Assembly: GCA_003165595.1 (NCBI GenBank)
Contig: PLWQ01000025.1
Coordinates: 39,093 to 103,092, forward strand
Length of the DNA stretch: 64,000 bases
Reading direction: 5' to 3'
Origin: Fibrobacterota bacterium
GTDB lineage: Bacteria; Fibrobacterota; Chitinivibrionia; Chitinivibrionales; FEN-1185
Part shown: positions 58,184-64,000 of the stretch, one piece after another
Layout: every line of letters starts with the position of its first letter
Position numbering within the stretch: position 1 is the stretch's first letter
Notes under the pieces: generated by a model
The model's input: only the letters and a program-made list of their open reading frames with translations
Told to the model about the DNA's origin: nothing
Database searches by the model: none
Position numbers and translations under genes: made by a program

Positions 58184-58708
58184 ATGCGCAGGGATTCTCT
58201 TGCCTTTTGCATACTGCTAGCGATTGTCTCGTCCGCATATCCGGCCGATACCCTATATCATCATCAGGACCCCGGATTCCTGAATGACCTGGAATGGCAG
58301 TCAAACACGACCCTTGATTTCACCGGCCCAGGCTCCGATCAGCCCATTGCAACGTTTGTCGTCAACAGCAATGCCGCGGCGGGATTCCAGATAACCTTTC
58401 AATTTACAAACGGTGGAATATTCAGCAGCGGCACGGGAAGCGGGATTCCCATGGCATCACTCACGCTTCACTATGTAAGCGGCACCTTGGGTAGCCAGCT
58501 CACTCAGTTTGACCAGGGCTACAACATCCTTCAGGTCGTCACTCAGCCCGACGCCCAATACGTCTGGAACCCGGCCCAGAGCGCCAAACCGCAAACAAAG
58601 ACGGTGAATTATATCTTTCAGTTGAGGGCGAGTTGGAACACTCCCGTAAGAATGCTCAAGGGCATATATTTGGAACGGATAAAAGCAACCATTGATACGA
58701 CACAATAG
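58184..58708 (+). CDS. fimbrial subunit paralog (secreted)
   Basis: 174 aa with signal peptide MRRDSLAFCILLAIVSSAYPA. Shares (A/T)F(I/V)VN.N.A..F.(V/I)..........G(V/I)F and the C-terminal G(L/I)YLE.I...I strand with the 57450-57953 body. Confidence 0.55.
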   Translation: MRRDSLAFCILLAIVSSAYPADTLYHHQDPGFLNDLEWQSNTTLDFTGPGSDQPIATFVVNSNAAAGFQITFQFTNGGIFSSGTGSGIPMASLTLHYVSGTLGSQLTQFDQGYNILQVVTQPDAQYVWNPAQSAKPQTKTVNYIFQLRASWNTPVRMLKGIYLERIKATIDTTQ

Positions 58709-58735
58709 TGGCGAACCATAGGGAAAAGGGGCAAA

Positions 58736-59545
58736 ATGAGAACGCGAAAAATCACGGGGATCGGGGCATTGGCGGTTCTACCAAGTCTATTTCTGTCTAG
58801 TCCGGTTTTTGCGGGGTATTCCATGGCGCCCCTGGTGACGATCCTGGACCCTTCGGCCAACAACACAAGCGCGGAAGTCGTTATAAAATCCGAGAAGGGC
58901 GATGCCAAAATTCCTCTGGCCATAGAACTAAAAGTTAAAGGCCGGGAAGTGTCGCTTGACGGCTCGACGGTCCTGTATCACGACGACAAATCCGCGAGTA
59001 ATTTTCTGGTATATCCTTCTCAGATCGTGCTCATGCCTGGTGAAAGCCATCGGGTCCAGATAAAGTGGGTCGGCGACGCCATTCCCAAGAAGGAATTTTC
59101 GTACGGTCTCATCGCGGAACAGGCGCCTGTCAAGCTTGGCGACGAGGACAAGCCTCGCACAAGGGCCGAAGGCAGGCTCATCATTCTCGCGAGGTACGAG
59201 GGCATTATCCTGGTGCAGTGCAAAGGCTGCAAACCCAACGTTGTGGTTGATTCGGCGGGGCCCATGCCGGATTCATCGGGCAAAACGCGTTTATCGGTCC
59301 TGCTCAACAATACCGGCAGCGCCAGGCAGATGTTGGCGGGAATAAAGCTGCAAGTCACACCTGTTGACAAAGACGGAAAGATCCTCATCAATCAGGCCGT
59401 TGTGTACAGGCCCGTGATTCCTGATGTTCAGACGCGGCAGAAACTCTATGCCGGGTTTCGCCGCCGGCTCGTCATTCCCTGGCCCGAAAATGTTCCCGTG
59501 GGGCCGGTGAAGGTGACCGTGATGTTCGAGCAGGAGAAGGAATGA
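58736..59545 (+). CDS. periplasmic fimbrial chaperone (PapD-like)
   Basis: 269 aa with a signal peptide. Two Ig-like halves. SNFLVYPSQIVLMPGESHRVQIKWVG resembles the PapD_N F-strand region. Confidence 0.65.
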   Translation: MRTRKITGIGALAVLPSLFLSSPVFAGYSMAPLVTILDPSANNTSAEVVIKSEKGDAKIPLAIELKVKGREVSLDGSTVLYHDDKSASNFLVYPSQIVLMPGESHRVQIKWVGDAIPKKEFSYGLIAEQAPVKLGDEDKPRTRAEGRLIILARYEGIILVQCKGCKPNVVVDSAGPMPDSSGKTRLSVLLNNTGSARQMLAGIKLQVTPVDKDGKILINQAVVYRPVIPDVQTRQKLYAGFRRRLVIPWPENVPVGPVKVTVMFEQEKE

Positions 59546-62496
59546 CCGCCCGTGTCCCTGGCGCTCGTTCTTGCCGAATCTGCCGGGGGCCGACGGCATC
59601 CCTTGTCCTTCGCGCATTCCTGCTCGCTGTCCTCACGGCAGTCCCTCTTTCGGTTTTCGCGCAGAAAAACCCGCAATCATCGCCCGCCGCCGCGAAGGAC
59701 AGCGTAGGCGGGGCATCTCAGCTGTCCCACGGCAAAGACACGAGCGTGCAGGCCGCTTCTCCCCCTGCTGTGGAATCGGACAAGCGCCGCATGGAAGAGA
59801 TATTTACAAATAAGAGCCGCGAACAGCTCTACCAGGAGTATTTTCACACCGCCCCGCCCAAACAACCCAAGCAAATTCAGGCAACGCTCGTTGTCAACGA
59901 AGTGACCGACGGCCTCATAGACCTGGTCTATTCCGAAGACCGGCTTGATTTCTCAATGCCCGCGGCTCCGATTGTCAAGACGATGGCCGAAATAGTGAAA
60001 CCTGATTACCTGGATGAGGTGAAGGAAGGCATCGATTCCAGCGAAAGAATCACCCGGAAGTTTCTCATGGCCAATCTGGGGATTCAGGTGACCTACGACA
60101 ATCAAGCTTCTCAGGTAACGATCGTTGTTCCGGCTGCGTTCCTCAAGAAACAGATCAATGAAATCAACGGTACGTACCGGGAAAATCCCTATTCGGTGGA
60201 AACCACAAAACCGGACTTCGTTTCCGGGTTCCTTAATATTCAGGCCGACCAGAAACTGAGGTTCTATCAGGTTCTTTCAAAGGATACTGCCGGTTTGCTG
60301 AGCAGCATGACCCATGAACCCGTCCGCCAGCCGGTGTATTCAAATTTCGACGGCGCCATCAATGTCGAGCACGGCGTCCTGGAGGGCACTGCCCTGTTTC
60401 AGGAGGACAACAAGCCGGTTTTTGAGCGCCAGGACATGCGCCTCGTTTATGATTTTCCCAGGCAAAGCATACGGCTTTCCGCAGGGGACCTCCAGTACTT
60501 AACGTTTGGGTATATGTCAAGCGTTCGCATGGCGGGTCTGGGCATTGCCAAGGATTTTTCCCTCCAGCCTTACGTCCTCACGTATCCCGTGGGTGAGTAT
60601 CAGTTTTATCTTACCGAGGCGTCGCAGGCCGAGATATGGGTGAACGACGTCATGGTAAGCAAAATTATTCTTCAAGCCGGAACCCACGATGTGCGGGGTT
60701 TTCCGTTCTCCACCGGCAACAACAGGGTCAAAATCATTTTGACCGACTTTTCCGGACGCACGCAGACGATTGAGTTCAATTTCCTGTATCAACAGGCCCT
60801 GCTTGCAAAAGGGCTTGCCGAGTATTCCTTCAATGCCGGCTTTCCCCAGACCACACAGGAGCATTATTCCTATTATTTCGACGAGCCATCATTATCGTGC
60901 GCCTATCGACAGGGACTTACCAACAGACTCACCTTGGGAGCGTTCGCCCAGGCGTTCTCCCAGGGAGTCGCCGCGGGAACATTTTCGCACGGCATCGGGT
61001 CCGCAACATTTGTCCAGGACAGCAGTCTGGAACCTTCGATACGGTGCGCCGTTTTAGGAGGCGACGCACTGTACGCCATTCCCGTGGGTACAATTGAGCT
61101 GGGCGCGGCAGGAAGCTACGGGAAAGGCCAGGGGCCCGATGCCGCGGCTCGCCTCACCTTTAACTACATGTCGGACCTTTTCAACAATCGTACCGGTACA
61201 AACAAGAAGAACGCGCTTAGGCTCAGCGCGCCGATTACCTGGACGACTCAAGTGGAATACCTCGGCCCTAAATTCTTCAATGATCCGCGGAATTCTCGGT
61301 ACACACTGGACCGCGAAGGTTTGGACCTTTCTTCCAGTATCAACCTGTCGTTGGCCGACCAACTTAATATCAGCGCCGGCGGCAGATTCTACTTCCGGCG
61401 CGACACTACCAATTTCTTCGATTTGACCCTGACCGCCAACAAGACTTGGCTCAGGAATTTGCGGGTCAGCGCGTCGTTGGGACTTGCCTCGGAAGTGTAT
61501 TCGACACGCGCCAATCCCTATGCCATGCTCAGCCTTTCGTATACCTTCCGTAATGGAAACAATGATTTCTTCGCCAACGACGCAATCACAAAGCAGCCGT
61601 TGCCGACCGCGGCGCAATTATCGCAGACCGGTACGTCCGCCACCCAGGCCGAGTGGGGAAACCATGCGGGCCTGAGCTGGAATTACGATGACCCTACGCC
61701 GAGGCCGGAAAAGCCCACCGCTTCGGTAAGCACCGATTTTGATCAGGATTTGAACGACTACAACGCAAGTTTGGGATATACATGCAACCAGGGAACGGTT
61801 CAGATCCAGCACGACGTTAACGAACCCCTGAACTCGGGCGCCGATTACCTGCGCCATCAGACCGACATAACCCTCAAGACTGCATTGGTTTGCACAGACA
61901 AGGCAGTCTGCCTTTCCAGGCCGATTTACGGCGGCGGATTTGTTCTTGCCAAGGGCGTTAAAAGCCTGAGCGACGACAAGATCATGATCAATCCCAACCC
62001 GCAGGGGTATGATGCCACCACCACTATTTTGGGGCCGGCCGTGCTGCCGCTCTTTGAGTCGTACGATTTGAAACGAATAAGGGTTGAGCCACAGAACCCG
62101 TCGCTGGGCTCCGTGACCGAAAAGAATGCATTTACCTTGTTCCCTCAGTACAAGAGCGGGTTTTCAATCGCGGTCGGCTCGGACAAGAAGATCCTTGTCA
62201 CGGGACAACTGCTTGATTATGACGACAGCTCCTTTGCGTATCAGGCCATAACGATAATAAGGGTTGGAGCCAAGAAGCCCGATTCCGTCAGTACCTTCAC
62301 CAACGGCGCCGGTCGTTTCCAATGCCTCGGCGTCGTGGCCGGTACCTACGAAATTCTGGCTTCAGACAGCACAAACCGCGAACCGATCACTTTTAAGGTT
62401 CCCAAGACCTCCAAAGAATTCTGCAGCATCGGGCAACTCAAGTTCTCTACGGAAGAAGGCGGCGCGGCTCCCGACAGGAAGGGTGCACACCAGTAG
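59542..62496 (+). CDS. outer-membrane fimbrial usher-like protein
   Basis: 984 aa; ATGA overlap with the chaperone gene; signal peptide ...LSVFAQ. IRLSAGDLQYLTFGYMSSVRMAGLGIAKDFSLQP resembles the conserved usher plug/barrel-entry segment. The body is long and beta-rich. Confidence 0.65.
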   Translation: MTARVPGARSCRICRGPTASLVLRAFLLAVLTAVPLSVFAQKNPQSSPAAAKDSVGGASQLSHGKDTSVQAASPPAVESDKRRMEEIFTNKSREQLYQEYFHTAPPKQPKQIQATLVVNEVTDGLIDLVYSEDRLDFSMPAAPIVKTMAEIVKPDYLDEVKEGIDSSERITRKFLMANLGIQVTYDNQASQVTIVVPAAFLKKQINEINGTYRENPYSVETTKPDFVSGFLNIQADQKLRFYQVLSKDTAGLLSSMTHEPVRQPVYSNFDGAINVEHGVLEGTALFQEDNKPVFERQDMRLVYDFPRQSIRLSAGDLQYLTFGYMSSVRMAGLGIAKDFSLQPYVLTYPVGEYQFYLTEASQAEIWVNDVMVSKIILQAGTHDVRGFPFSTGNNRVKIILTDFSGRTQTIEFNFLYQQALLAKGLAEYSFNAGFPQTTQEHYSYYFDEPSLSCAYRQGLTNRLTLGAFAQAFSQGVAAGTFSHGIGSATFVQDSSLEPSIRCAVLGGDALYAIPVGTIELGAAGSYGKGQGPDAAARLTFNYMSDLFNNRTGTNKKNALRLSAPITWTTQVEYLGPKFFNDPRNSRYTLDREGLDLSSSINLSLADQLNISAGGRFYFRRDTTNFFDLTLTANKTWLRNLRVSASLGLASEVYSTRANPYAMLSLSYTFRNGNNDFFANDAITKQPLPTAAQLSQTGTSATQAEWGNHAGLSWNYDDPTPRPEKPTASVSTDFDQDLNDYNASLGYTCNQGTVQIQHDVNEPLNSGADYLRHQTDITLKTALVCTDKAVCLSRPIYGGGFVLAKGVKSLSDDKIMINPNPQGYDATTTILGPAVLPLFESYDLKRIRVEPQNPSLGSVTEKNAFTLFPQYKSGFSIAVGSDKKILVTGQLLDYDDSSFAYQAITIIRVGAKKPDSVSTFTNGAGRFQCLGVVAGTYEILASDSTNREPITFKVPKTSKEFCSIGQLKFSTEEGGAAPDRKGAHQ

Positions 62497-62681
62497 ACAG
62501 CGCAATCGCATGGGCCAAGCATCGCGCCGGAATTCTTACCTTTGCACAAGCGGACAGCTCGTCTGGCGCCGTCAAGCCCCGGGCCGCCGAGCCGGACACG
62601 TCCGAACCGGGCATCACGATACCGGACACCACAAAATCCGGCGACACGAAAAAGAGCCTTGACATAAAGTAAGGTCGGTGA

Positions 62682-63647
62682 ATGAAAAGCGAAGGGAAGG
62701 CACCTGAGGCTTTCAGGGGTGAGGCTCTTGCCGATCAGGTGACTGTTGTTCCTCGGTTGGCCTCCGTCATCCGGGGCAAACACGTACGCATCCTCGTCAC
62801 CGGCGTCACGTCCATCCACGGCTGGCCGATTTTCAAGAAGCTGAAGTCCCTCGTGCCCGCGGATCGCCTGTTCGGCATCCGCCCCCCGCAGACGAGGATT
62901 CCCCCCGACGTCAACGTGACTTCGGTGTGCATGACCGATGCCGCCGCGCTCGCCGAAATACGCGATGCGTTTTGCCCCACGCACATAATCCACGCGGCCG
63001 GCGTATGCGACCTTGATATATGCGAGCAGCGTCCCAAATACGCGCACGACATCAACGTTGGCGGCGCGAGGAACATCGTGAACGTCTTCTCGGAAACGTG
63101 CGCCATACTGTATCTGAGCGCCGACCTCGTTTTCTCTGGCCACAACCCGCCGCCTGCCGGCTATGGCGAAACAGACGACCCCGACCCCGTGAGCGTCGTG
63201 GGCGTCACCTACCTTCTTGCGGAACAGGAAATCCGCCGCGCGCCGCGCTGGTGCATCGTGCGGCTGGGGCTGCCCATGGGCGACTCGATTAAGGGTGAAA
63301 AAGGCGCCGTTGATTTTATAGAAGGCAGGCTCAGGCGCGGACTCCCCATGTCGCTGTTTCACGACGAATGGAGAAGCTGCATCGATTGCGACGAGCTGGC
63401 CGATGCCGTTCTCGCCCTACTTGACAAAGGCGCAAGCGGCCGGTATCACCTTGGCGGACCCCGGGCCGTGAGCCTGTACGAGATCGGCGAGCGGATTCTG
63501 CGCAAGGGAAATTACCGTGCCGAGGCGCTTAAGAAATGGTCACGCCATGACGACGTTAACGGACCGCCGAGGATAGGGAACGTGCATCTGAATTCAGCGA
63601 AGACGGAAAAGGAAATCGGGAGAAAGATCAGGGAGTGGGTGCTGTAA
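62682..63647 (+). CDS. NAD(P)-dependent sugar-nucleotide reductase/epimerase-like (RmlD substrate-binding family)
   Basis: 321 aa. RILVTGVTSIHG Rossmann start, IIHAAGVCDLD, LSADLVFSG. Confidence 0.65.
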   Translation: MKSEGKAPEAFRGEALADQVTVVPRLASVIRGKHVRILVTGVTSIHGWPIFKKLKSLVPADRLFGIRPPQTRIPPDVNVTSVCMTDAAALAEIRDAFCPTHIIHAAGVCDLDICEQRPKYAHDINVGGARNIVNVFSETCAILYLSADLVFSGHNPPPAGYGETDDPDPVSVVGVTYLLAEQEIRRAPRWCIVRLGLPMGDSIKGEKGAVDFIEGRLRRGLPMSLFHDEWRSCIDCDELADAVLALLDKGASGRYHLGGPRAVSLYEIGERILRKGNYRAEALKKWSRHDDVNGPPRIGNVHLNSAKTEKEIGRKIREWVL

Positions 63648-63770
63648 CCCCGCTGGAGATCAAAGCACCCGCACAGTCATTGCAAGAAAATGGCACAAAT
63701 TCTACCGGAGAGTACCGTGATTTCACGGTACTCTCCGGTCACACGCGCAATCTGCTTTGTTCAAATACCG

Positions 63771-64000
63771 TTAGAAACCGGTATTGCTGAAATCCCCGTT
63801 TGCATAATGCCAGTAAATTGTATGTTGATTTGAGAAGTGATATATCCCGTTAGCATACGCATAGGTGTATTTGTTGGCCCCATGGGTTGAAAAATCACTT
63901 GCCACGCTGGCAGAAACAGCCAGGGAAAGGTACTTTACCGGGTGCGTTATCATGTAGTCGATAAAATATGCTGTTAAAGTAAACATGGGGTACCACGTGT
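63771..64000 (-). CDS. C-terminal part of a possible outer-membrane beta-barrel protein (may extend past the right window edge)
   Basis: The 71-aa track ORF ends ...YANGDFSNTGF (aromatic-rich, terminal Phe). The frame stays open upstream of the Met at 63986 to the window edge. AT-rich region. Confidence 0.3.
   Translation of the reverse strand, partial: TWYPMFTLTAYFIDYMITHPVKYLSLAVSASVASDFSTHGANKYTYAYANGIYHFSNQHTIYWHYANGDFSNTGF

Overview
This is a 64-kb, visibly GC-rich and densely coded chromosomal segment from a diderm (Gram-negative-type) bacterium. I call about 55 CDS. By eye I found no rRNA, tRNA, tmRNA, RNase P RNA, CRISPR array, transposase or integrase.

Gene content, left to right:
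- 1-1640: an AT-shifted two-gene module, an amidohydrolase-like CDS running off the left edge plus a beta-sandwich-repeat protein.
- 1767-6743 (minus): a tightly overlapping operon, purN-rnhB-STAS-DUF1015-UPF0104-MoxR.
- 6810-9482: a GT21-like glycosyltransferase and a GGDEF protein.
- 9587-17297: a chimeric outer-membrane protein, a class-B radical SAM enzyme, a FabF-type ketosynthase, a His-less KS partner and a cupin.
- 18028-19224: a DUF2089 / membrane / SHOCT-like cassette.
- 19837-22041: a Ser/Thr kinase followed by a Pmp-type beta-helix lipoprotein.
- 22193-34496: three tandem export systems, RND+MFP+TolC, TetR-HlyD-MFS(DHA2)-TolC, and an ABC-2 exporter.
- 34471-40371: a class-B radical SAM gene coupled to a PlsR-like / PlsA-like (BCR/HAD-family) pair.
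- 40552-51883: an RNA methyltransferase, a truncated four-helix-bundle remnant, a serpin divergent from a membrane Ser/Thr kinase, a large Ig-like/FN3 surface protein, and a PAS histidine kinase with a REC-RsbW-like regulator.
- 52010-56718: a polyamine operon (speD, speE-like, ODC-like decarboxylase, speE) and a nitroreductase.
- 57139-64000: a chaperone-usher-type fimbrial operon, an RmlD-like reductase, and a partial OMP-like CDS at the right edge.

Most interesting:
1. The PlsA/PlsR-like + B12-type radical SAM + ABC-2 operon is a candidate ether or membrane-spanning lipid pathway. A second radical SAM/ketosynthase module lies in the same window.
2. In the fimbrial operon, a perfect 7-bp tandem duplication cuts the first subunit gene off from its signal peptide.
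3. Dispersed repeat families are inserted into intergenic spacers, including hairpins inside the polyamine operon.

All family assignments come from reading motifs in the translated ORFs; no database search was run.
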